Positions 1 to 10,258 of a stretch of 64,000 bases of DNA are shown here, one piece after another. Source of the stretch: Candidatus Poribacteria bacterium. GTDB taxonomy: Bacteria; Poribacteria; WGA-4E; WGA-3G. The notes under the pieces are model-generated. The model did not search any database and had not been told where the DNA came from. It worked only from the letters and a program-made list of their open reading frames with translations. Position 1 is the first letter of the stretch; each line of letters starts with the position of its first letter. The stretch is taken from assembly GCA_965205025.1 (NCBI GenBank), contig CBDBFU010000002.1:320001-384000 (forward strand), given 5' to 3'. The translations under genes were made by a program, and so were the position numbers.

Positions 1-270
1 CTTAAAACACTCGTTCGAAAATTCGACAGACGTGTTCCCGTATCAAAAACTGGGAGAGGCAGTTCAATCCCAACGGCTTGCAGAATATCCTCATGAATGG
101 ATTGGGGGAAATGTGCATCTAACAGATTTTGAACTATTTCAAAACATAGTACATGATCATTTTGAAGTTGTTCGCTTATAGTTTCGTTGAAACCACCAGA
201 AACATTGTGATTTCTCAGATCAGTTACATGCGCATCACCACTTGCTGTTTCTCTAATCCTATCTGAATTA

Positions 271-1175
271 TAGTAAACTTTAGAATTAATGATACATGTT
301 TATAACTTCATCAATGGTTATATCAGCATTGTATTCTCTGAGACGTTTGATATTCGCAAAGTCGTGTTCAATCGGGTTGTAGTCCGGTGAATAAGGTGGC
401 AAAAACAATACCTCTGCTCCCGATGCTTCTATCAACTCACGCGTCCGAAGCGTCTTGTGGATCTTCGCATTATCAAGAACAACCACGTCTGAGACAGACA
501 GCCGTGGACATAAATAGGCTTCAAGCCACGCATTGAAACACGCAGAATCGCAGCTTCCATCAAACAAACAAGGTGCCGTAAAAGTCGAACCGATACGCGC
601 TGCGACCAGCGTCGTTGTTCGTGTTCTTGTGCCTGAGATCAAACCTAAGACACATTCACCTTTCGGGGCATAGCCATGACGCCTATAACTTTCAGCACGA
701 AAACCGCATTCATCAACATAAACTATCTTTTTACCAGCGGCGTGTTTCTCGGTGAGTGTCTGACGGTAGCCCCTACGTTTCTCATCGCACCGCTCCTTAT
801 ATCCGATTGTTTTTTTTTCGTGTGATGCCGAGTTTCCGCAACCCATAGGCTATAGAAGACTCTGAAACACCGAAATGTGAGGCGCGTTCGTTTTGCGTCA
901 AGTCTGGGAAATCAGCGACATGTTTTTTCAGTGCTGCCTCGTCAAGCACTCTCATGCTTTTGGGCCCCGGTTTTTGGGTCGAAAGCGGGTCTTCAGCGGC
1001 TAACCATCTATAAATCGTTGAACGATTCAGAGAAAAACGACGGGCAGCTTCGGCTTTTTTCCCGCCAGCTTCAATAAAATCTAAAACGCGTTTGCGTAAA
1101 TCTGTTGAATATGCCATAATAGACACATTCTACTACAAAATACAAAAAATGTCTCTTTAATTCTGATGGTCACTA
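271..1175 (-). mobile_element. IS630-family insertion sequence (~905 bp) with TA target duplication
   Basis: Imperfect TIRs TAGTAAACTTTAGAATTAA / TAGTGACCATCAGAATTAA. TA at 269-270 and 1176-1177. Contains an HTH ORF and a DDE_3 ORF. Confidence 0.92.
286..1126 (-). CDS. IS630 transposase in two frames (HTH 797-1126; DDE 286-846) joined at an A9 run
   Basis: MAYSTDLRKRV HTH; catalytic VYVDECGF, VLDNAKIH, YNPIEH; A9 run (T at 810-818) at the overlap. Confidence 0.9.
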
Positions 1176-1455
1176 TAGTCACTTCCCAGATGCCATCGTT
1201 TTGTAATCGCCAAAATGGAAAATGTGGATTGTAGCTATCGCGTCTTGGACCAAAATCTCTCAACAGGTTTCTTAAGTTATCTTCTATATCGTCAGTATAT
1301 GAGATTAACCTATCTTCACCACGTAACAATTTTCCAATTGCATATAGAAGTAACAAGGGTTTATGGGGTGCTCTTTCACCACCACTTGTCCATAGTCGGA
1401 AAGTTTCAAAAAGCCGAATTAATTCCGCCCTATCCATAACCAATATCCTACAATA

Positions 1456-2274
1456 TCATTTATGACACACCAAACACGGTTCCTCGTCATCCTCATCGTC
1501 ATGCACATCTGTGAGAATTTCGATGAGGCGTTGATTTGGTTTATCTTTTTTCTTTGATGCCTTCGCTTGTTCAGTACGTTCTTTGATCTGCTCTATACGT
1601 TCAGGGTTTGCCAATTCCTCTAAACTCTCTCCCTGACTCCATGTGAACCGTTCACCAGTCTCTGGATTAAACTTTTCGTAACTCTTGGCAAGTTCAAACA
1701 GATCTGGATGTTGTTCTAAGAGTCCAACCCATTCGGATTTACGTTGGAAAAAACAGAAGTAACAACCGGAACGTGTTCGCCAGTTGTAGTAGTCTGGCAT
1801 ACCGAGACCGCTTTCCTCCAGAATTTGGTATACATTCTCTTTGGTAATACCGTCCTCTTTGAACGGATATTTGGGTTCGATGTTTCGGAGAGAGGTGGTT
1901 TTTAGCGGTTTATATCCAACACGATCTTCGTCAGCACGGATAGCAATGTAGTGATATGCATGATCTTCACCGACATATTCTTCAAACGGTCTGATCTTGA
2001 GTTTGATAGTGCACCAACGCACTTGGGAAGAGGGCAGCATCCCGCCGTGAAGTGTTAGCCAGTGGTCGAAATCTCGTTCTACGTTGAGACGTGCAATCGG
2101 TTTGCCAAGGAATGCTTCTAAACGGTCAAGAAAGTCGTAGGTCTCTGGTAGTTCTTTCCCAGTATCCGTAAAGAAATACTCCATTTCTGGAACTCTGTCA
2201 CGCATATAGACTGCAAGTGCAGAACTATCTTTTCCACCTGAGAGTCCAAGAAGATGCCGTATATTTTTTGCCAT
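1456..2274 (-). CDS. sspD: PAPS-reductase-family phosphorothioation protein SspD (copy 2)
   Basis: SGGKDS PP-loop, RWCT, GCYFCF, C-terminal CLVCHK; near-identical to 12578-13408. Confidence 0.8.
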   Translation of the reverse strand: MAKNIRHLLGLSGGKDSSALAVYMRDRVPEMEYFFTDTGKELPETYDFLDRLEAFLGKPIARLNVERDFDHWLTLHGGMLPSSQVRWCTIKLKIRPFEEYVGEDHAYHYIAIRADEDRVGYKPLKTTSLRNIEPKYPFKEDGITKENVYQILEESGLGMPDYYNWRTRSGCYFCFFQRKSEWVGLLEQHPDLFELAKSYEKFNPETGERFTWSQGESLEELANPERIEQIKERTEQAKASKKKDKPNQRLIEILTDVHDDEDDEEPCLVCHK

Positions 2275-2332
2275 GTTCTCCCCTGTTTACATCCTGTTAT
2301 TGATTTAGCACATATATAGGAATAAACAAATG

Positions 2333-5030
2333 TTATTCTTCCGATTCTTGCAATATTTCTTTTGAAATTCGCGCTAAAACTGCGAGACGAAGTTCTGAAT
2401 CATTTTCTACATCCAGATCATTAAGAACCTTTTTAATCGCCTGTTCAATTCTATCCGCGTGTTCAGGGTTAGTTAAGGTAACAACCCGTTCCTGTTCCTG
2501 TTCATTCGGTGAAGTGATACCTATCCGTATTGTCTCACCTTCAATTTCCGTGTGTTGCAGTTTTTCATAAGACACTGCTTCAAAATGGTTAAATTTTCTT
2601 ACGATTTGGGATAGGTTAATCTCAAATTGAGCGATGTCTGTATCTGTCCAAGATGCGGGTGGTTTTTTCACAACAAAAGTCCCAATTGATTCAATCCAAC
2701 TTGTGAAATCATGCCCTTCATTGTAAAGGTGTATTATAAATCCTTTGAGTTGTGGTTCAATAACGAATTCTAATAAAGATTCAGCCCTTTTGCCTAATTC
2801 AGTTCTAAGTTCTGCTCCTGTCGACTTCAAGGCAAATGCTTCTGCAAGCATCCGTTCAAGTAAGTTCAGCAACCCTTCGTACGCACCCCCAAGTTCGGAT
2901 AGTGTGTCTTGTAATGTGTTGAAAAAGTCTGAAAGGATCTTTGGATCTGATTTTTCTGTACCAAAACTTGGAAAACCTAATACCTTAGGTAACGCATTAA
3001 AGAGTAATTCGTCTGGTTCACTTGCTTTGTTAACCACCTCACGTAGATTTCTTGCGTTATCGCTTAACACTTGTGTTTTTTGTGTATACGCAGGAAGTTG
3101 TGCAACAAAACGGATCAACGGTGTAATGATTGTCAAAAGGTCCGGATTTTCGCTTTCCATAGGTTGATTGAGCATATCCAAAAATCGTTTAAATAGATCC
3201 CTACGTATACCTTCCATTCGGAACCGTTTAAGTTCAAAGTGTTGAGGTGCTTTAAGTAATCTTTCAAAAACCGGTACAGATAGATCTGCAACAAAGGTTC
3301 CATTTTCATAGAGTGCAACTTCAGTTTTATAGTAGATAATCGCCGCACACAACAAAATTGGTAGTGGACCTTCCCGTACTCCATAGGGAAGAGACATTAG
3401 ACTTTTATAAAGTTTTTCAACAGGTTGCCGTTCCTCTTCACATTCAACAAGGCATTCCTCAATTGCATTCCATATATGTTTGAGACCATTTGCATCATCT
3501 GCTCTTGGGGGATGGAACCCAAACTGTCCTGTCTCGTAACGATGTATCCCCGTATTCCATAGCAATGAACGGAATATACTCATCTCAGCAGGATACCCTT
3601 TGATACCAAGATCTTTTTGATCCCCATTCTCAAGCATGTGTTGAATCAGTTTTCTACGGGCGGAAGTAGAAGCACCAGATATTTTCCGCCTATTTATGAG
3701 TTCATTCTTAATAATTGGTGTCTTATGATACACCTGATCACATATTATTGACAAATATCGGTTTCGTTCACGTATCGAAGTTATTTTTATGTGTTCCCTT
3801 TTGTAATACCAATCACATGTATCTTGATTCATACTCTCAAAAGTCTTCATTATTTCATCCTGTACATTGCGTTCAGCCTCAACTTGTCGTATTGAGAGTT
3901 CTCGTCTTGCGACAGCATCGCCTTCAAGTTCAGGTGTATTCTCGTTAATCCAACGTAAGTAAGCAAGTTGGGAGACTGCGTCACGTAGAAACCCAATGGA
4001 TCGTGGAATAGCAACCAAAACCCTACTGTATGTTTCAGGATCTAATAACTGCGCTTTTTCAGTCAGTAGTTTCACTTCATGTTCATGTGATGGTAGTGTA
4101 TATAGCACAAGTCCATCTGCATCATCCAGTGGCTCAGATATATCCGAGTCAAAGTTATCAATATCGGTATATCTAACATTGAAATATCGTAGTGTACCAG
4201 TCTGATATAAATGTCTGCTGGCAATAAGAGGACGGGTTGGCATGTGGTTCGATAAATCAGTCGCAAGTGTTACATGTGTATCAACATGTTTTTCTGCCTC
4301 GCGGAGTCTCTCTTCAATGTCAATATCACTTCCTTCCCAAAGTGAGAAGTTATCATTGAAACGACGGTAAATTACAATTGAACGGTTCTTTAAAGTGGAA
4401 AGAGCATCTTGAAATTCGGTATTGGACGCTTGCGTACTATCAAGTGCGTAACGAAGTAATTGTTCAGAGGCTTTTAGGTTTGGAATTGGCTCGCTTACGA
4501 TACCGAGTAGACCAATAGTCTTTATCAATCTAACAGTCATTTCTGAAGGATTCTCTAATTGATGAATAGCGGATTCAATCTCTGTCCATTTCTTTCCAGC
4601 ATCAGCTGTATAGAATCGGCTCGCATGTGCAGCATTTAGATAATCGTATAAATGGGAAAGTGTATATGTTGGTAATACTTTTCCATCATAATGATTGTTA
4701 GAAAGAAATTCTTGTAAACCGTACGGTTCACTGGAACTAAGAAATGCAAAAAGTGATCGTTCATTCTGAGCAAAACGTCTGAATAAGGGTCCGATGAGGA
4801 GTGCGACAGTCGGATGAAGTGGGAAACAATTTTCTAATAATTGTGTGAATTCTGTATCCTCAAGTTGATGTGGTTTTAGTGCCAATTCAAGTGCAGTTTC
4901 AAGATTTTGGTTTACATCAATTTCTGAACGATTTTCTAATGCCTCCCCTACCAAACGTAGCACCTGTTCAGTGGGTTCAACAAAGGCGACATCCTCAAAC
5001 CGTCCCTGTATTTTTGCCCACTCTTCACGG
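2333..5030 (-). pseudogene. sspC: 5'-truncated SspC-like ATPase (copy 2), lacking Walker A/B
   Basis: Homology to 13477-16992 begins at REEWAKIQGRFEDV (~5030) and includes PLHP and QNERSLFAFL. The N-terminal ~260 aa are missing next to the IS1595 remnant. Confidence 0.75.
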
Positions 5031-5049
5031 ATGGAGCAAAAGATAACAT

Positions 5050-5976
5050 GGCGAAGTCATCAGCGAAACTGTACATCAGATGCTTCACGATTTCATCATA
5101 TTGTGCTATGTAAAGTGTTTCGCAGTTAGTCGTTTTGGACTTAGGAATTATACAGTTTCCCATCCCATAGATTCAAATAGATACCTCCAAAAGACTTGTG
5201 GGTCCTTCCTATAATTATACTTATAACACCCTCTGCCACATACAATGGTGCATACGCAATGCTATAGTGATGATGTGATCCGTACCACGCTCGTTTTAAA
5301 AGAGACCAAAACCCTTCTATTGTGTTAGTATGAACATCTCCATCTACAAATTGACTTTCGTGACGAATAACAGAATGTCTAATCTCTCTGCTAACAATAT
5401 TGTAAATCCGAAATTCATCTGTGATTAGTTCAGATTCATCCATGCTTACATAAACCTTACCGTCTCTTTCAACAGCGCCAATCACTGCCTGTTTAGATGT
5501 TCCACGACCTCGCTTTATAGGTTCATCGTCTTCGCACTTATTTCGTTTTCTCGGTTTACCACCAATATAGGTTTCATCTGCTTCTATAATACCTGATAAT
5601 AACGGATCTGTTTTATCTGCCATTTCTGCACGTATACGAGTCATCATATACCACGCAACTTTTTGCTTTATATCCAAATCACGGGCTAATTGACAACTTG
5701 ATAAGTTTTCTTGGCATTCAACATTAACGCAATCGCTAAAAACCATTTCTGTAATGGTATTTTAGTACCATGAAAATACTGTGCCTTGTGTAACTTTGAA
5801 ACTGACTTTACATGAGTTCCAATTCCATCTGCCGATTCTACCTGTTTCTTTGCGTTTAGTAACTCGATCTCCACCACAATGAACATAAACAGGATTATCA
5901 CTCCATCGGATATGCTCTAAGAATGATATGCAGGTTGACTGATCGGGAATAATTCCATGAATTCAACTAAATTCAT
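5050..5976 (-). mobile_element. Degenerate IS1595-family transposase (multiple frameshifts); possible element end near 5050
   Basis: Zn-ribbon-like N-terminus, FHGTKIPLQKWFLAI, SSCQLARDL, IEADETYIGG, HTNTIEGFWSLLKR. Candidate TIR GGCGAAGTCATC at 5050; partner end not found. Confidence 0.8.
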
Positions 5977-6401
5977 ATCTATTTTCCTTTTTTTATAATG
6001 AGACAACTTGCCAATCTATCACACAACAATCATAATCAACTGCCGTTATATTACATATTGTGCCGTATCATCAATCATTGTCAATCAAAAAAAATGATTC
6101 TATCGTTTAAATTTAAATCACAATCGTTAACTGCCATAATATCAGTTGAAAGTGTGGAATAGTCTATGACTGCACAATTTGCGAAATGGTAATTACGGGT
6201 TTTTCTGAAACATTTAGCTGAAAATTACGTTCATTAATAATGCTTTAAGTTGTCTTCACAATGTTACACAAGTAAAAATGTTGTGTTTTTTCAAAAAGTA
6301 TGATACCATATATTACTGCAAAACGGCAATTTGCCCTAGTTACAAACGTGTTTTTAGTCAATTGCGTTACAAAATTTGCAGTAATATATGGAGGGTATGA
6401 T

Positions 6402-6644
6402 ATGGATGACCAAGAAATTAATGAGATTTCAAATACTATACTTGAAAAATTAACAACTTTTATAGATGAGAAATTTGAATCCGTTGAAAAAAGGCTGGGG
6501 CAAGTTGAAAAAAGGCTGGATCAAATTTCTGATGATATTGAATCTATTAGAGAACATCTTAATCTTGAGAGGTCTAGACATACAGGTCGTGTGATGCCGT
6601 ACAAGAAGAATCATACAGACTATGGAAGTGTATGGCGTCCATAA
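6402..6644 (+). CDS. Small coiled-coil hypothetical protein
   Basis: GGAGG RBS before ATG 6402; heptad repeat VEKRLGQ/VEKRLDQ from a 21-bp duplication. Confidence 0.6.
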   Translation: MDDQEINEISNTILEKLTTFIDEKFESVEKRLGQVEKRLDQISDDIESIREHLNLERSRHTGRVMPYKKNHTDYGSVWRP

Positions 6645-6683
6645 TTATTTTTTTACAATGTTTTAAAAAGGGGTCATAAGCAA

Positions 6684-6965
6684 ATGGATTTTAAAGAACT
6701 TATAGAAAAAGGCAATCAACTTAAAGATGACTCAAAACTTTCAGAAGCTGCAGAAATATATTCTAAAGCTTACGAACTTGCTGAAAACGATCGGCAAAGG
6801 TCGGAATGTTTACAATATTTACTACATGTGCATACTGATAGGTGTATATCAGTATTTTTAGAGATAAGAAATATTCCTGGATACTACAATTTTGAGTGGC
6901 CTTGGTTCCCAGGTAATATACCACTAAATTATACAAAACCTCCAACAGATGAAATTTTTGTTTAA
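6684..6965 (+). CDS. Small TPR-like hypothetical protein
   Basis: KGNQL...AAEIYSKAYEL TPR-like helix pair; AAGGGG RBS. Confidence 0.55.
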   Translation: MDFKELIEKGNQLKDDSKLSEAAEIYSKAYELAENDRQRSECLQYLLHVHTDRCISVFLEIRNIPGYYNFEWPWFPGNIPLNYTKPPTDEIFV

Positions 6966-7035
6966 GTGATACTGAACAAATAACACACCAATCTGTTATT
7001 ATATCATAAAAATCTTTGAAGTCAATTTAATAATA

Positions 7036-7065
7036 TTGTCTTCAAAGATTTTTTCATGTTATAAT
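7036..7065 (+). promoter_or_regulatory. sigma70 promoter upstream of tRNA-like gene, overlapped by an inverted repeat
   Basis: TTGTCT-N18-TATAAT with extended TG; inverted repeat AAAATCTTTGAAG...CTTCAAAGATTTT at ~7009-7053. Confidence 0.55.
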
Positions 7066-7096
7066 GCGGAATAGAAAATTGCCAAGTATCCTAAAT

Positions 7097-7169
7097 TGGG
7101 GAGTAGCTTAATTGGTAAAGCAGCTGGCTGCGAGCCAAAAGGTTAGGGGTTCAAATCCCTCTCCTCCAT
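7097..7169 (+). tRNA. Degenerate tRNA-like gene, anticodon GCG (Arg), probable pseudo-tRNA
   Basis: Good D-arm (GCTT-AATTGGTA-AAGC) and GGTTCAAATCC T-loop. Mismatches in the anticodon (GCTGG/CCAAA), T and acceptor stems; no CCA after the discriminator. Confidence 0.55.
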
Positions 7170-7779
7170 AATATAGAATACCTGACATTATTTACATCAA
7201 ATATTTTATAAAAAATTAATCATACATTAAAAAAATACGGTGTCAAGAAATTTAATTGAATTTTACGGAGAATTAATTGATTTTTTCTTGAATTTTAGTT
7301 GATTACCTAATTTAGGTTATTGTATTATTCTGGTAATAATTACCTATATGTCAAAATACTACAAATTCTTAACTTTTATACTTAACTCTAAGTATTTTGC
7401 ATAGGCATTTTTCAATGCCTCATATATACGATCATAGTGATTATACGTTTTCTTTAACAAAGATTTACAGCCACTACCACCCTTAATGGATCCCTCAATC
7501 AATTCAGCAACATTAACGGGTATCGATCCTTTCCATAACTCTATATTTTTCTGTTCTAAATAGTTGTACATCATCTACTCTTGGTATTTCACTCTCAATA
7601 ATAGATATAAGGTTCTCAGTAAAGTTTATTTGATGATCCAAACTCTTTAATAATGATTAGGAAAATCATTTAACCTGTCCATGGTTACAAACGCAACGCC
7701 TCCCCATCTACCTCCATGCCAAGTGAAACTCCAATCAGTACTCCCTTTCCAATCTCCATTTAGTTTGACAGTAAGTTTA

Positions 7780-10212
7780 TTATTCTATCCATTGCCTGAT
7801 TTCATCTACACCAAAATTTATGATAAATTCTGCGTAATGACTTGAAAACAGATCTCTAAGGTATGTACCAACTTCAATGTCCGATTTTACTCCATCCTCA
7901 TTCTCTTGCACAAGTTGATATTTATGTGCTTTTGTAATTGTGTACAAAAACAGTGTGTGCGCGTAGACAGAAGCAATATACTTTCGATTACCATTTTCAA
8001 TTTGCTCCTCGCTAGGATTTCTGTTTTTGGCTCTGAAATTCATCAAAACATTACTATCCATATTGATGTATATCTTTTCTAACTTCTCCCCATTAACTAT
8101 AGGATGTATTACTGTGGTATAGTCCATTGTATATCCAGTTCCCGATTCAAAACGTTCCCATGATATTGAACCATTCTTTTCTGTCTGATTAACCAATATC
8201 GGTTCCGGTAAACCTAAGGTAGGTGCGTCCTTTTGTTCCGGTTTTGGGGTAGGTTCGGTAGGAACTTTAGTTTCGCTAATTTTAACCCAAAATATTTCAT
8301 TGTATTCTCCTACTGGATCTGCTAATGTGACTTTTATCTCAATTTCATCTCCAACATCCAGTTCTTCTTTTGGACTAAGATGGAGTTTAATAGTTCCATC
8401 TTGTGGACTGCTTTTACGAGCATTAAATACATCCTCAACTCGGTCAACCTTTCCTGGAGCATTCCCACCTGTAGTTTCATTTTTATTATAATTCAAAATG
8501 GCAATTTTTAATTCACCAGGTTCTTCAATTCGATCAAAATAATTATTCTCCACATCTGTATCAAAAAGAATTGTTTTCTCTCCACCAGACGGTATAGAAA
8601 CGACCTCCCTATCAGCTTTCCCTTGTGATCGGCGTTTGAAGGAAGAAGGAAAACGTTGGGGGTTAAACGGTTCAGGAACAATGTCTTTTCGTTTCTTCTT
8701 AGAATGGTTTGTATTTTGTTTTCCTTTAGCTTTAAGATCCAGATTTAAAGTCTGATCCAATAATTTAAACAATTCTTCGTTATGTGTAATATCCTTTAGA
8801 AAAGTTTTGAGCAATTCTTTTGTACCTTCACTCTCAACTGATATAGAATCCTTCCTACGTTTTTGAATTTCCGCTAAACGACCATCCTTAGCCGTAAGTT
8901 TTCTAGCTAAAAAATCTCTTAACTTCAGGGATTCCTCACCCTTCTTTAACCGATCTCGCGATGCCATAAATAATTCTTTGCTAAAACTCCTTTTCATATT
9001 TGTACAATCAACATGAATTAGGAGATGGTTCTTAAGAATACTCATTTTTAATGAATTGGATATAAATTCAGTTGTATAATGTCCATGAACTTGTCCATTG
9101 ATAGAAAACAGAACACGCATATTATTTTTGAAAAACTCTCTATCAATTGTATCTTTAGTTTCTTTTACTGATTTATCCTCAATTTTTGTTTTAAAGATAT
9201 AACAGGTAACTTTCATTTTACCAAAAAGCGTGTCATCATACTCATCTGAAAAAGAATCCTCAACATACTTGTTGTCTTCTTGTTCTAATCTACGTTTTAA
9301 CCCGTATAAGCCTCTACGTAAGGAACTTTGAGGATATCGTTTTTCGTCTTCAATGGTGTAGACAGGGAGAACTGGTTCAAACAGATATTCATTAATACTC
9401 CGGTTCAAATCTCTTGAAATATCAGAAATTCTTGGAAGATCGTAAGAGTAAAGTTTAATGACTGTACCAGTAATGAATTTTCTTTTGAAGAGACCTAAAT
9501 CCAGTTCATCAATAGAGAATGCGGGGATTTTCCCGTCAATCTTTAAGTATTCATACCATGTATTCTTTTTTGTACTTTCTTCTTCTATGGACAGTGGATG
9601 TTCTCTGATAAGAGTAAAACCGAATTCTCCAGTATTGTCGAAACGTTTTGAGGCAATTAATTGGTAACGTTTCTTACCACAAAATACAATTGCCCCACTT
9701 CCGCCCATATTGTATTTTCCTTGCACAAAGTGTATTTCATTTTTATTACCACGTAATAAGGATAAGAAAGTATCTTTAAAGTCTTCAGGGCGTTGTCCTT
9801 CACCATTATCATAGATTATTAGAGAAGTATTTTTCCTTGGACCATCGGCTAAAATCTGTATATTTTCAGCTTGTTTATTTCTTGTATTTGCCAGATCCCA
9901 ATCTCTATGTTTTGGGAAGAATAAGGTTCTGGCTTCTTCCATAGATTGTGGGGCTTGAAGTGATTTCGGATCGATGTTTGCTTCAAGGCATTTCTTCATT
10001 AAGACAGCATCAATTGAATTTGTGATTTTCTCTATCAATGCTGCAATTGGAGTAGATTGTTGGTTTTCGACTATAGCAAAGTTGTTCTCTCTATCACCAA
10101 GGAGAGACCAGTTATCTGACTTGAAAATGTTGGGATGATTGTTGATAATTGTATCAACTTCTTGCTCAGTTTGAGCAAAATATAGCTTATCAAAAAGTTG
10201 TTTCATGTTCAT
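7780..10212 (-). CDS. GHKL (Hsp90/MORC-like) ATPase-domain protein, 810 aa
   Basis: N-box IEKITNSIDA, G1 IYDNGEG, G2 GKYNMGGSG, GTVIKL. Confidence 0.75.
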   Translation of the reverse strand: MNMKQLFDKLYFAQTEQEVDTIINNHPNIFKSDNWSLLGDRENNFAIVENQQSTPIAALIEKITNSIDAVLMKKCLEANIDPKSLQAPQSMEEARTLFFPKHRDWDLANTRNKQAENIQILADGPRKNTSLIIYDNGEGQRPEDFKDTFLSLLRGNKNEIHFVQGKYNMGGSGAIVFCGKKRYQLIASKRFDNTGEFGFTLIREHPLSIEEESTKKNTWYEYLKIDGKIPAFSIDELDLGLFKRKFITGTVIKLYSYDLPRISDISRDLNRSINEYLFEPVLPVYTIEDEKRYPQSSLRRGLYGLKRRLEQEDNKYVEDSFSDEYDDTLFGKMKVTCYIFKTKIEDKSVKETKDTIDREFFKNNMRVLFSINGQVHGHYTTEFISNSLKMSILKNHLLIHVDCTNMKRSFSKELFMASRDRLKKGEESLKLRDFLARKLTAKDGRLAEIQKRRKDSISVESEGTKELLKTFLKDITHNEELFKLLDQTLNLDLKAKGKQNTNHSKKKRKDIVPEPFNPQRFPSSFKRRSQGKADREVVSIPSGGEKTILFDTDVENNYFDRIEEPGELKIAILNYNKNETTGGNAPGKVDRVEDVFNARKSSPQDGTIKLHLSPKEELDVGDEIEIKVTLADPVGEYNEIFWVKISETKVPTEPTPKPEQKDAPTLGLPEPILVNQTEKNGSISWERFESGTGYTMDYTTVIHPIVNGEKLEKIYINMDSNVLMNFRAKNRNPSEEQIENGNRKYIASVYAHTLFLYTITKAHKYQLVQENEDGVKSDIEVGTYLRDLFSSHYAEFIINFGVDEIRQWIE

Positions 10213-10258
10213 TCATAGTTTGTTTTGCATAGCATAAATATCAATTAAGGCTGGACAT

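Larger units (their letters stand above)
1..1443 (-). pseudogene. Phosphorothioate-binding (SBD, ScoMcrA-like) restriction endonuclease gene, interrupted by IS630; continues past window start
   Basis: N-terminus has SBD motifs ERAPHKPLLLL and PFWRLQNDGIWE. Removing the IS (271-1175) plus one TA rejoins the frame: ...GIWEVT-NSDRIRETASGDAHV...LLDAHFPQSIHEDILQAVGI..., open to position 1. The presumed HNH domain lies outside the window. Confidence 0.8.

Noticed and set aside
7097-7169. tRNA as integration (att) site of the island
   Set aside because: No integrase, and no duplicated tRNA 3' end seen in the window
7359-7780. Additional gene downstream of the GHKL ATPase
   Set aside because: Only short interrupted frames with no recognisable motif; may be a remnant but cannot be supported
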